Part shown: positions 15,513 through 29,147 of the stretch, piece by piece
How positions within the stretch are numbered: position 1 is the first letter of the stretch
Layout: each line of letters opens with the position of its first letter
Source of the DNA: Lingula anatina
Lineage: Eukaryota > Animalia > Brachiopoda
Direction: 5' to 3'
NCBI GenBank assembly: GCA_051362555.1
Contig: CM120643.1
Coordinates: forward strand, 29,020,848 to 29,084,847
Length of the DNA stretch: 64,000 nucleotides
Notes under the pieces: generated by a model
Told to the model about the DNA's origin: nothing
The model's input: the letters and a program-made list of their open reading frames with translations, nothing else
Databases searched by the model: none
Made by a program: the position numbers and the translations under genes

Positions 15513-17591
15513 GTGGGTGAACAGACTGTTTTCTTCCTTCACGTATTTTAGTCATGCTACATAATGGTATTAAGATTATTTTTGCCATCGACTCGAGTCT
15601 TATAAACTTGGCAACACATTTGAATATACTCAAAAAGGTTAAGAACAATATAATATACTAATGACAAAACAGTTGGTGTGTTACCATTTCTCTAGTTGGT
15701 AATTGTGTTGCGTGTTTGCGAATGAAAAATTATATAATAATATCTATCTTTATATAATGAACAAATGTACTAGTTAAATTACTCATAAAATCTTTTCTCT
15801 CAGCGGCGAGATAAACCTTAGTGTGATTATAGATTTACCATGAACACAAATTGAGAGGCATATGGATACAATCATATGTACCGGTACAATCATATGTTAC
15901 AAAAAAGGATCGGTACAAACTTACAAGGGAGGGAGAACTACAATTACATAAACAGTTACTCATATATCAATATAGAAATACATTCTTGATTATCTAAGTC
16001 GGTGGTATATTGTTAGTTGAAATCATGAAGGCAATTGTAAAGTGCCAGTGACACATTTCACAAAGCATGTATAGCTTCTTTGTTGGGTTTCACACTTGTC
16101 ATTTAATATGGAGTTTTGTTTTCTAAGTCATAATTCATCATTTATTTTTATTTATTTATTTTATTATTATTTATTTTTTTTGCAGATTGATAGACGAAAA
16201 TAATGATTAAAAGTGTTTTAATCATTTTAAATTGTTTCATTATGGCATCAGTTAATTTTAATTAGTTAAAACTGAATTCGCCATGAAGCAAATAAAGTTA
16301 CATTGCCTATTCTAAGTCTTACGACAACCATAGAAAGCGATATTTTGGATCTCTATATTTTTCAAATTATCCCTATTTAAAAGAGTTACACGCCCACAAA
16401 GGGCCCTCATGTGTCTAGTGGCAGCAAAGGTCGCTGTCACGCCTGTCCTCATCCGGCTGCTACAAGGGCTCTTAAATGGCAAGGCAATCCATGAGATGGG
16501 TTTTTAGAGTTTAATCTGGAATAGCATTACAGCTACAACCAAAACTTGTCCGATTTGGTTCGGCTTTGTTGTAGGACATGTAGGCCGTTGATTCGGCGAG
16601 TAACCCAAATATTGTTTATTGTTTATGTGTCAAATATGGCAATTCTGATGATCAATGTAGCTGCACATTCCCTTGGTTCTGTAAGTTATCTGCGATTGAA
16701 ACTGCTCTGTGTGAAGCGGCAATCTCATAGTGCAATCTAAAGGTGTTCCGAAGGTGCCCCCTATCAAATGATAGTCAAGTGGTTCCTAGATTATTCCTTT
16801 ATTTGATCTGGTTCAGGTTTTCATGATGGCTATCAATGGTGTTTTGACACCATAGTGGTATCCATTCCAAACGCTGACGCTGTCAGTGACCGTCATTAAA
16901 GACGCGGCACACGCCTTATCGTAGCCTTTTTCAGGGTGTCTGTAAACTGTAGTTTGATTAGTTGGGTGGTACAGGTGAAATCTGACCTCAGTAAAGAGAG
17001 CCATGTGGTTTCAGTGTTCTACCCAGATACGGCCATAGTTCCCAATTCATTAGAGAAACAAACGACGCTGTTTTACTGTTAACAGTGGCTCCCTCAGAGG
17101 TCGTCTTGTATTCTAACTCGCTGAAACCATTCTGGTTTGCCCCTCATTCTGATCGGACTGGTTGTTTTTTTTAGTTGCAGCAGTATATCCGGAAGGACAA
17201 TGAGTCCTGTATTCTGGCGGTAAGATTTCGATACATTAGGTGTGGGCTCTGTGTAGGAACATCAGTCTGGGTATAACTCTTTAAATCTGTGCGGACTGTT
17301 CCGTGTGACACGTGATCTGTCTGTCTTTTTCTTGCCATTCTGCCACAGATTTACGATTTTGTAAATCATAGCTATTAAGATTATTTTTTCCATGGACTCG
17401 AGTCTTATGCACTTGGTAACACTTTGAACATACTCGAAAACGTTAAGTACAATATAATATAATATAATATAATATAATATAATATAATAAAGTCAATATA
17501 TAAAAGCAATGTTTCCACATTTTGCTACTTTCATACTCATGAACACCAAAACCACCCAGAATTGTAAGAAACAATATGTTTGGTCAAATAA

Positions 17592-17780
<189 letters not shown>

Positions 17781-17892
17781 TAAGCGCATTGTTTACTTTA
17801 TGTTTCATTTGCTACTTATTTTAATCTTAAAAGTGTTATTCATTTGTTTAATCTGATTATGTCAAATTATTAATGTGGCTTACAAATTCTAG

Positions 17893-18068
17893 TCCCACTG
17901 GCTCTGTTTCCGTTTCCCGCGCTCATTTTGGACGAGGTACTGGTTCCATTCTTATGGATAACGTCGCCTGCTCTGGGAACGAAGCCTCTATCCAAGATTG
18001 TGGTCACAGAGGCTGGGGGAAACACAACTGTCGTCACTATGAGGATGCTGGTGTCAGGTGCCGCACTG
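17893..18068 (+). CDS. Gene 1: SRCR domain 2, C-half
   Basis: Duplicate of 15337-15512; donor gtggat is weaker. Confidence 0.88.
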
Positions 18069-19809
18069 GTGGATGAACAGACTGTTTTCTTCAATCACGT
18101 CTTTTAGTCATGCTACATAATGGTATTAAGATTAATTTTGCCATTAATGTTAATAAATTAACTTTTTAGTCCCTTATATGTCCAAAACTGGTAGAGATAT
18201 GCCCATAGTTACTGTTGAACTTGAATAGGAAGTAATAAACTAGCAATCTAACTGTGATCTTGAAATTGACATTTGACCTACTTTTCACCATGAACTGAAC
18301 TTTGCAACTCTTTCGTCCCAATGCTGTTTGAGGGTGACCTAACCCCTACTCCCCTTTTTTCTAACAAAGGAAGGGAAGAGGTTCATTTTCCCCATATGCT
18401 GAAAATAGCTGGAACAGTGAATTCTCTATAACTGCCCTACCATACTATCTTGCATCTTACTTGTAGATTAGTATAATAGTTAACAGTTGAACTTTGACCC
18501 AAATTTCAACATGAACTTAAATTTGCAAATTTTCTGTACCTTATATCTCTAAAACGGCCAGAGATACGCCCATAGTTACCACTGAAATAGAATAGTCATA
18601 TGCTGGCAATCTATGATCTTGTAATTGGGCTTTGACCTAATTTTCACCATGGAACGCACTTCATAAATTTGGAATTGAACTTTTACTTTTCCCCATGATT
18701 TTGTCCTAAATTGTAATTTTCAACAAAAATGTTGAGAATTCTTGTACGTTATCAATATACATTAACAGATGGAAGTCTCCAATTAATCAGTTGCTATATC
18801 ACCAAGTCCGTGTTATGTATAAGATTTTTTTTTCGGCAATTCTCAGTCAAATTACCTTTGCCTTTTAGCTGATATGGTGTATGTAACTGTTAATTTTTTG
18901 TTTCCTTTAACAGAAATTAATAGAAATTACCACCACGCCGGCATCTCTCATCACAAAAAATGGCCACCATCCCCACCTAATTGTATTATGGTGATTTCTT
19001 AATAACTTTCGAAAAAGATTTCACATATCTATAAATCTGCTCGTTTATTTGTGAGTTTTTAAGTTTGTGTGGTCGTCTTCTTATTTTTCTAATGCAACCG
19101 ACATCTTACATACCGGCACATTCTCGTCAGACATCATGGCCAGCTTCCTGCTATCTACGGTGCCCGTCTCCTTCTTTAACGTATCTACAGTTGATGCCCA
19201 TGGCAGGGTTCCCAAAAATACGAGCTTGTGCTTGCCCAAGGTTAAAGTTGCCTTTTGTGTTTGTGCGTTTCGGTAAATTTTTTTCCGGCTGTAGAGGTCA
19301 CAATTTTAGAGATTAACAGAAAACCTGTGAAATAATGGTGATTGTGCAGTTGTCTTATGACGATAAACTTGGAAACACTGTTCGCCCTATCTTGTTAGAT
19401 GTTGGAATCAAGTTCCTAAATGAAACGTTTTCTACAGTGAAGGGTGCTATCATTATAACTTCTCTGGTGTGGTTTCGTTCGGCATGCCTTACCCAACAAT
19501 TTTACCCATATGTCTATTTGTTTATGATTTTGTCTAAATCTCTGGATTGTTCTCATAGAACAACCCAATCCTCTGGTATTTGTCGGGTTAAAATGCCCTC
19601 CTATGTTAAACGCTTGGTAAAAACGTATCCCTCTCTCTTAGGGGCCGCATATAAACTATATCATTGGGGTTGGGATATTTCAATGCTTACGCTAGATAGG
19701 TCAATTTTCTATTACTCAGATCCCCAATGTACAAGGCGAAGGGTTGCCTAGTTGCCTATGTAATAGTAAAATGAAATTATTATAGCAATGTACAAAATGC
19801 GGTAGGGGT

Positions 19810-20918
19810 CAGTTGCGAATTTAGAGGGGGGGGGGATGGGGGTCCTGACACACCCCCCCCTTCGGTTCTTGAAAAATATATCACACCAATATTCCCCTTT
19901 TTAAATTAAAATTTTAACTAGTTAAATCATTGTTATAAACCGTATCAAAGGGCTCTGTTCGCTCGAACCCCACACCAAGAGGCCGATGGTCGGCTTTGCA
20001 TCCAAGGTTATCGTTCTGGACCCCCCTTCAAATAATCCTGGATCCACGCCTGTATTATGTTAAAAAGAGTTTTGAGAGTATCCTTTTTGACAATCTCAAT
20101 ACCCGGTAGGCCGATATATGAAGCTTCATTGTAGGCCATAAGTCGAGCATAGTTTATAAAATGTTGCTACTGTAAAAAGGGCATCACATATATATTTCAA
20201 TGTAATAAAAATGACCTCAGACTCTTATTATTTAGGCGATAAGCGTAAATACGCATGGGCTGTCAATTCGTCAAATAACATGAGATAAGTTTTCAGTGGC
20301 GGATTTAGAGGGGGGGTCAGGGGGTCCTAACCCCCCCCCCTTAGGTTTCTGAAAATAATCATACTAATGTTCCCCTCTTGAAATTAGAATTTTGACTAGC
20401 TGATTTATGTTTCTTAACCGTTCCAAATAACACCGTTTGGCTTCCAAAACACTAAAGTACATGTATTCTAGGGTCATTCAACGGGCCCCGAACCCCACCA
20501 TAAGGGGACCTGAGGTCTATAATTCGTTAAAAAACGGACCCTCTTAAAATCCTGGGTCTGCCCCTGTTATACCCCCTGTAAACCACGCTCAGCAAACAAA
20601 AATGGTATCTTCGCTGCAGAACATTCTTTGCCAAATATGCTTTCTGTCTTCTAATAGGGGCTTGCTTAAATCAAAACCAGTGGCGGATTTAGGGGGGGGG
20701 GGGGCAGGGGGGGTCCAGACCCCTACTTTGATTCCTGAAAAATATCATACCAATGGTTCCTTTAAAAATTAGAATTTCGCATAGCTAAATCATAGTTCTA
20801 AACCGTACTAAATAACAACGCTCGCCCTCTAAACTACCAACATTTGTGGCAGGCCCCCGAACCCCCCGCCAGGAGGGGCCTTAAGGGTTTCCTTCAAATA
20901 ATCCTAGATTCGCCCCTG
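19810..20918. mobile_element. Cluster of three ~240-270 bp CAGTGGCGGATT...CCCCTG-type MITEs (19810-20052, 20294-20566, 20678-20918)
   Basis: Mutually similar, short terminal IRs, poly-G/poly-C arms; reverse copy at 31962-32229. Confidence 0.7.
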
Positions 20919-20945
20919 GGGGTGACACCTTTTTGCTAGGAAAAG

Positions 20946-20976
<31 letters not shown>

Positions 20977-21203
20977 TGAAAGTCTTTGCTAAGTGGGGAA
21001 TTTTTTTTCGACATTTGGTCTTTTCAGTCTGTTTGTGGTTGTGTTATTTTACGCGGCTGTTATAGGGGCTGTGTGCAGGAAATTTCAGGTAAAAACGCGG
21101 GAATGAATTGTATTCTTATCTGCTCTCTATTTCAAAGATTCCTTCAGTTTGTAGATACTAATGACGTGTATTTAACTGCTATTTATTTGTTTCTTTTTAA
21201 CAG

Positions 21204-21265
21204 CAACAACGACGCCGCGTGTTCTGTCATGCTTTTATCGTGGTCGAAATAAAATATGTCCGTAA
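21204..21265 (+). CDS. Gene 1: terminal coding exon (ATTTPRVLSCFYRGRNKICP*)
   Basis: aacag| phase 1 fits the SRCR exon; AATAAA at 21442; 3' region paralogous to 29610-29830. Confidence 0.65.
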
Positions 21266-24200
21266 GACTCTCAAGTAATGCAAGTCGTACGTGGGGAAAT
21301 ACACGTCTTACAAGAGGCTGGATTTACTAGTACTAGATTTACTAGACACTTGGCTTTTGTTCTGTTTCATGAATACGACGTCTTGCAGTCACATTTTGCG
21401 ATGTTATGATTTTTCCGATGTGTTGTTTATATTCAGATTTCAATAAATGAAGAAAAACGAAAATCACAGTTGTGATAGTTTTTGGTCATTTATTCTTTTG
21501 TTTTATTTTACTCCACATAAATGTTTTGATTGCAGGCAAAAACACAGTCTTTCAGTGAGGGAAATGTCGCAGTTAGAAATACAATTAATCTTTACACAAA
21601 ACACGAGATATCTGCTGTGAGATTAATATTTAGTTTTGCTTCGGACTATTGAATTAAGCAGAGTCACAAACTCAAACTCTTTGGTAAAATATTTGTCAAC
21701 GGTTTGTCTGTAAGCGCTCCCAATTTTAATTCCAGTACGAAAATTGTCAAAACATTTCCCCCGCCGTTACATCTTTTTTTTTTCTTTTGTCAAACATTCT
21801 CACCCTTGCTACAAGTAAATGACCAGTCCGTTGTCTAATACCCAATAGATCGGTCAGAGACGTGTATCCCAAAATTGGTGATTTTGGCCCACTTTTTTCA
21901 AGTGGTCACTGGTTGGCACCCTTAATTTAAAGTCTCACTGTGTTCTAAAAACACAAAATGAACAATATGGATTCTATAAACCAATGGCAATTTAAAAAAA
22001 ATTAAGAGTGCAGGAGAACTTATATAAGATAAGTGTGATTGTCAGTGTATAGTGACTTCATGTGCGTTAGATTTACGGACTGCTCTGAGCGTTGTAATGA
22101 AGAAGCATTAGTGTAATGACATTCCGCGCAGATGAATTTTCTGTAAAGCTAATAGAGAACAAATAATAGTAATTATTGTCAAATGGGCGGACTAACACAA
22201 TGTACAAGTGTCTGCTTCTATTTCCATTTCCCCCTCTTACTGAACAGTTACAAGCTTTGAATAACCATTGTTTTTTCCACCCAAGCAGTATGAAGATCAC
22301 GTTAACATTTTTAGTATTCAATAAAATACTACCGATTAAACGCATCTTTCATTTTACTCCAAGTGATATCGAGATATCGAGCAATTCTACCCATGATAAA
22401 ACCAGAAAGAAGCCTTTGTTTAAATAAGCCTTTGTTTAAATATTTCGTGATTGTTCACAAACAAACAGTGGGCATCTTTAGTGTTTTGTCTTCTATCTTG
22501 CACATTCTTTTATGTATCCACTTTTAAGAGAAAATTGGTATGCAAAATATAGCTTTAAAATGATGGAAATAGCTTTTTAAGCACGATCAGCAAATTTTCA
22601 GTTCCCAACTCAATTGTATGAGTATTGTTTGAGAAAAAAATAAGAAAAAAAATCAGCTAAGGTAACAAAATCTGAAACCCTTCTTCCATATTTATACTGG
22701 GGTCAGCTTGATTTACTTCACAAGGTCACCTATTACAGATCACTTCATATCATCGTATAACAAAGTATTTCATGTAAAATTCGAGGCATTCGGTTTTGAT
22801 TGATAATATGCTATTTTAAAGTGTGCCAAGAAAGCAAGCTGTAACAAGAAGGTGAATTGCTGGTCATATACTTGCGCACCAAAATATATTAGTCAAGACA
22901 TAATCACTTGATTCTGTCGTTTTACTTCTTATCATTAAATCTGATTCATGTACATCATATTACCATTCTATTATTCCCAAAGACTTCTGATTTAAATAAG
23001 TAAATAATAGTAATAAATAAATAAATGAAATCAATGTATGTATGAATAAGATAAGTTGCAACCCATTTAAAAGAAACTAAAAAATAACATATATCAACAT
23101 TTATCCTTCACTCAGCTTTGAACATTTGGATAATTATGACATAGAGGATATTCCCCTCTACATTATGCCTGGATGCAACCACAGCACCAAGTAGACTGCA
23201 GTTCCATTATAGAAGACTTCCAATATTCCAATTAAATTGAAGGAGCCTGTATATTTTATATTTGGTTTATAGGGACCTACGCAGTTTCAACAGATTATAA
23301 AAAATAATAATGAACAGGAACAAAAATCAAGATGAGGCCTAAAAAGGGCGCAGAAATAAATATTGAATGGAATTGATAGGCCTAGGTTTAATAGTTGCTA
23401 ATCTAATGAGATGTCAGAAAAACCGAAAAGTCATTTACAGCAAATAAATTGCAAATACGCATAATCCTGGTGCAAACCTACTGGTATGTATGTTCCCATA
23501 AATATCATTAAAATTTAAAGTGTGGCAGTGCAATGGAAGGTACTGTATGTCTGTCTACACATAGAATTCCAGTTGTCAGTTATATATGAGCATTTGGAAA
23601 ATCACATGTACGAAAGACGTACAGGGTAGGTTCTCGTTCAGTGAAAATGAGTAAAAATGAGGTGAATATAATTAGGGACGTATTATGTCCTACAATTACA
23701 GGGTATGTAAGATGATCGAGAATCTTAAATTCCCTTTTCAATCGTAAGGAATGGTTGTGTATTCTCATTTCGGAATAAAATGATCCCACTGCCATCTTGC
23801 CTTGTTGTTAATGAATTAGATAATTCAATTCACCCTTCACATCCTGAGTTTTAAAAATTACTGGAAATTAGCAGTAGATCAGTGATATTTTAGCAGCCCA
23901 AGAAACTGAGGGTGCTGTCCATTTCCATTAAAATCGTCCATGGACAGGTAACTTAGGGTAAAAACGTGAATTTGTGTGTTTGTCCAAAGTCCTTCTTTAA
24001 ATCGTCGGATAGCGTGTGTTAGACGGCAACACTATTCACAACAAACGCAGAAATCTACCAACGTAAATTCACTTTGTTAAACCTCAATATATCACTAATT
24101 TATTTTCACAGTGCCAACCACCTGTTGCTCAAAAAGTGTGTCATCTAAGACACGGTAAAGATAATGGAGGTGACACCCACTTTAGATCACATGTTCAGCG

Positions 24201-24353
24201 CCACCCAATACAATTACAACTGCTTGAAATATGACATCAAACCCCTCCCATGACTGCTGTGTAAAACAATGCATGCGTAGACCTTCCACGTTTACACACG
24301 GATCTTCCCATCCTTGTAGAAAACCATCACTTGTTGCTGCATACAGTTTAAGA

Positions 24354-24500
24354 ATGGCAGTATTACATTTGCTATCTTGTACGTTGTTGGTTCTTGTTCA
24401 TCATTGTAAGGTTTGGGGACACGACATTGTCAATCTGCGAGGAGGGGTCCTAACTCATAATGCAGGAACCCGTACGATTGATATGACGACCAAAGAAAAG
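24354..24500 (+). CDS. VWA gene 2: first coding exon with signal peptide (MAVLHLLSCTLLVLVHHCKVWG...)
   Basis: agaATGG context, hydrophobic N-terminus, AAG|gtaagt phase 0 fits the next exon. Confidence 0.75.
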
Positions 24501-25732
24501 GTAAGTATGCCGTTGCAGTTTTAACTTTAAAGTATTTATGCAATATGCCCTAATCTTATTTTAGTTCTTGATTTTAGATGTTTTTCTTAATGGTACATAT
24601 GAACCGAGCATCGGTGGAGCGTGGATTCCCACGAACGTATGTACACTACTTCTACCAGTTTCTTATACGACTCGTATAAAGTCGACATACCACGGGATAA
24701 ACTGAATAATCACTCGATCAGCCATAAAAGAGCTTTAAACTGCTCCTTTCTTTAGTAGTAAATTTGCCTACTTATCTGACATGCAGTATAGAAAGCTAAG
24801 AGAAAAGTCGTTCAAATATCATTTAATATTAAACTATGCTTTTTACTATATTCTTAGTTATACGATTTGAAGCTATATGCTATGGCATTTGATCGGTTTT
24901 TGTGGGAAAAAATGGGTCACCTTGATTTATTTAACAAGGTCACCTTTTTCTGATCACCTGACACCTCCTTATAACCACGTAAGTTATATAAAATTCGATT
25001 CGTTCATTTTAGATTGATAATTTACTGCTTAAATCTTTGCTGTGTGAGGGCGAATTTGTAGCCAAAATGTTTGTTCACCAGCAAAGATAAGTCAAGGATG
25101 TTTTAACTTGATTCTGTCATTTCTCATTTCATCCTTAATTCTGATACCTGAGCATTGTATAAACATTCTCTTAGCTTCTTAGCTGATCAAGGACATCTGA
25201 CTTATATCAACAAATAATTACAAATAAACGGAGTCGGTGTAAATAAAATCAGGCGCTAGCCATTTTAAAGACACTGAAAAAAATACATCAAAATCTTGTC
25301 TTCACTCAACATCAAGCATTTGAATAAAATGACAGCAAGACTGGAAGCAAACACAGCACAAAGTATATATTGTTATCACAACTACCTTTCCCCTTTAGAT
25401 TTGCAACTTTCCAGTGAAATTTAAAGAGCCTACATATTTTTATATTTGGCTTACATAGGCCTTCAGGGCACCAGCATGTTGTAGACAACACCAATGAACA
25501 TGCATACAGGAAGTAAAAAAATCACGTTGGGGAATCGACAAGTTTAATAATTGCTTATCAGATGAAATATTAGGACAAAAGAAGATTCATGTTAATTGTT
25601 CATATAAATTGTATGGTATGGTACCAGTATATCCCTGGTGGAAATTCACATGTAAATGTGTCCTCATCATAAAGATTACGGCATCTGGCGTAAGTAGTAA
25701 AGTAAGTTATTTTGGACCCTTTTTTGGAGGCG

Positions 25733-25773
<41 letters not shown>

Positions 25774-26303
25774 ATATTTAATTACACACGCCATACAAAA
25801 AACTGGCAGCTCACCTGTAAATTCCTTGGCCAATTAATATTTTGACAATTGAAAGACCCAATTGGGATGCGGTCTGGGCCACTTGGGAAGTGGACTAGAT
25901 TGGTATCTGGTCTATGACACACACAAATATATATATACTTTTATAGTGACCAATGAGGTGTAAATTGAGGCACCATTAAGTGACAAAGATATTTAAGTGA
26001 AAATCGGATATGATAAAGCTAATGATGCCAAATTACGCATTATAACATAATCAGAGATGAAACCAGTTAAAAAAAGAACTAGTCTGTTCACATAGTCCCT
26101 AATGTTACTTGATGTGTACAATAACTTGTGTACAGCATCTTGGTCCAACATTTACGCCACTGCTCACTGTTAAATTACATTGAAAATATATATTGACCTT
26201 CAGAGAAAAGCAGGTTCTCTCGTCCACACTTTACTACTACTTAGGTTATTAACTCAAATGATTTACTGTCTTTAATGTGAATCATTTTACCTAATTGCTA
26301 TAG

Positions 26304-26466
26304 GTAGATGGATTGGAAAAGAAGTTCTACGAAACAGGCATGGAAATGCAGAACAAGAAAAAAGTGCAACAAGAACAGCTAGTGGAGACCGATGCGTCGG
26401 TGTCAAATCTCGCTGACACACTGGGAATCGCCTCGGTAAAAATCAAGAGAAAGAATGCACCGAAAG
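26304..26466 (+). CDS. Gene 2: propeptide exon (...VKIKRKNAPK)
   Basis: Paralog of 417-573; 163 nt, phase 0-1; in-frame 6-nt length difference. Confidence 0.82.
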
Positions 26467-26769
26467 GTCAGTAATACATAAAGTAGCAACAAACAACAGT
26501 TACGTTTAGTTTTGTCTTAGAATATTCATGGCTATAGCGCTAGTGCATGTGGCTAAGTTTATGTTATGTTTATATGAAATTATAACTGAGTTTGGAACTT
26601 GTGTTGAAATAAGTATCCACTCTGGGGAGGGAAACAGGGGTGTCTAGCATGAATATTCAGGTAGTAATAGAGGCAATGAATCACGTGCTTATATGCATCG
26701 TTTAATTTGAACGAGTCTTTCTTTCGCGGATTATAGTGCCGTTGTTAGTCATTTTATTTCAGTTTGTAG

Positions 26770-26790
26770 AGGCTACTGCAACACCAGCAG
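26770..26790 (+). CDS. Gene 2: 21-nt micro-exon (EATATPA)
   Basis: ttgtag|...|gtaaga. Confidence 0.7.
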
Positions 26791-27974
26791 GTAAGAACAG
26801 CAGGACATGTATAACATATGTATTTCCCTGTCCTATAGATAGATAGATAGATAGATAGGTATTAATCCATAAATGTCAATCTCCAAATACAATTTTTTTG
26901 TTAGAAATGAATAAACGATTGACATTATCAATATTTATTTACCGACCAGATAAGTCTTCAAAATTATCAGATAGTAAATCATTAGATACTAGATCGACTG
27001 GAAACATCAATCTGAATTTCATCAATTCACAGACTATTTGCTTGATATGTTGTATTCACCAGAGCTGATGTCGTTTTCTTTTTTTAATCACTTTGCAGAA
27101 ATCAAGAAGGCAATTTTCAAGCACATTTACATGTTAACGAAACACAAAATTTATTTGCCGTTTTTTTTTTTTTTTTTTTTTTTGACATCATACAATCGGG
27201 TAATTGAGGTCACTGGCGTTTTCGCACTTAGGTCTTGCGTAATCTCGATCACGGTTTCAGACCATGTGTTGTAACGTAAATTATTGAGTGAAACTAAATT
27301 TCTTTAAGAGTCAACAAGTGTAGAAATTGTTTTCGTGGTAGGAAAAGAAGGCTCATGTCAAAGTCACTTATAGTTTGATTTGATTGGTTTATTTCTCAAT
27401 TTGCAAGTTTCTGGCATGTGTAAACCACATGTGCAAACTAAGCATGAGTAATTCAATTTTTTTAATATCTTAAATTGAAAACAAGTCTCTTAGGCATTAT
27501 CTAACAAGGAAATGTTGAATGGTGGTTTGCACATGAGAAGGGAAAGTTCCTTGTAATCAAGACAATGGGAAGAAAACAAGTAAACGTATGATAAGTACAT
27601 ATACACACATACACGCCCACAGTCACTATTTGCATTTCACTAAAACACATCTAAAAGTCAATAGACGCTTGGACGAGCACTTAATTTCTCAACAAGTAAG
27701 AGAGGAGTTGGTTCTTTTTGCCAGCTGATAGTAAGGTAAGAGAATTCCCCAACGGCTAAGCTTTGGGTCTGTTAAAATAGACCAGGCACCACATGGACGG
27801 TAAGCTAATGGTAAGCTAACATTCTCCCGGCACCTAACTCAGCATTCAACCAGCTAACGTGACATATCTTTTCGTTGTCTTTTTTGTTCTTTCAATATTT
27901 ATTTTAATTTTTAAAAAATTATTTTATATCATTTATTTACTAAAATACAATAATAAACTAAGTTATGTTTGCAG

Positions 27975-28535
27975 TTTGCAAGGGCCAGGCAGACATAACG
28001 TTCATCATAGACGGATCTGGTAGCGTCAACGCACCCGACTTTGCCAAACAATTGCAATTCATTAAGTCTTTGGTGAAGACATTTGACGTTGGACCAAACG
28101 CGCTACAGGTCGGCGTTCTGCAGTTCTCTAGTAATGCGATACAGGAGTTCAACCTCAACACTCACAGCACCAAGGCCGCCATCTTAGCCGCCGTGGATAA
28201 GATCAAGCAGACGAGAGGTGGTACTAACACAGCCCTAGCACTTTTCACTGCCCGCACCAGCAGTTTCACGGCTGCCAATGGCGACAGGTCTAACATCTCG
28301 AACATCGTTATCGTCGTGGCCGACGGCGCGTCTGACAACAAAACGGCGACTGTCCGAGAAGCAGAAATGCTGCGTAAAATTGCGTCTGTGTTCGCAGTTG
28401 GGGTTGGAAGTCTTGTTAATACTGACGAGCTGATGGCCATAGCTAGCAAACCGGATAGCAAATATGTGTTTACTGTGACAGAATTTAGTGGGCTGTCCAA
28501 TATAGAGACAAAGTTAGCTACGGCTGCTTGTGAAG
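27975..28535 (+). CDS. Gene 2: VWA domain exon
   Basis: cag|...|gtgaat, 561 nt; DGSGS/GGTNT/ADG. Confidence 0.92.
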
Positions 28536-28795
28536 GTGAATAGCTTTAAATAGAGTAGCACGGAAATTGAAGCGTTTCCGTCTTTAAAGCGTTAACCTTA
28601 TATACTATATTACAAACGTAATGAAAAATATGGGTACTCATATATGTAGATTGACAGCCAACTTGTGCTTAATACTTAAATTTCATAAACAAATATAGGA
28701 ATGGACTCTATTCTTATCTACTTCTTTTCATCTTAACGATTTCTTCAACCTACAGATACTAATGTCGTATTTGATTAAATTTATTTTCATTTTAG

Positions 28796-28816
28796 AGGCT
28801 ACTGCTGTTCCTACAG
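28796..28816 (+). CDS. Gene 2: 21-nt micro-exon (EATAVPT)
   Basis: ttttag|...|gtaaga, phase 1-1. Confidence 0.68.
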
Positions 28817-29118
28817 GTAAGAATAAAAGGACAAGGGTAACACGTATTGCTCCCCATCTTACGAATTTATATATATGAATTCCAAGTATATGTCCAACAA
28901 ATACAATTAACTTAAAAAATACCGGTAGAAAATGAACAGTTGACGTTATCAATATTCATTTACCAAAAGGCAAAAGTCTTAAATTTATCAGATAATATAC
29001 ATATATCTTTAGATCCGCGTTATATATTAAATTTTATTTTGGCAATTCACATTCAATTTACCTTTACCTTCTAGCTGATATGGCGTATTTAACTGTTAAT
29101 TTTTGTTACCTTTCTCAG

Positions 29119-29147
29119 GAATAACCACCAAACCGGCACCAAGTACA
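29119..29147 (+). CDS. Gene 2: Thr/Pro micro-exon (GITTKPAPST); last exon begins at 29610
   Basis: ctcag|...|gtaagt; next acceptor at 29609 is followed by TGA (phase 0) or a short ORF (phase 1); AATAAA ~29824. Confidence 0.55.

Noticed and set aside
19335-19751. 138-aa ORF in the last intron of gene 1
   Set aside because: No motif or supporting splice signals; likely repeat remnant
22690-25560. Diverged direct repeats flanking gene 2's first exon (~22700-23400 vs ~24910-25560)
   Set aside because: Probably an old interspersed repeat; no termini or TSD could be defined
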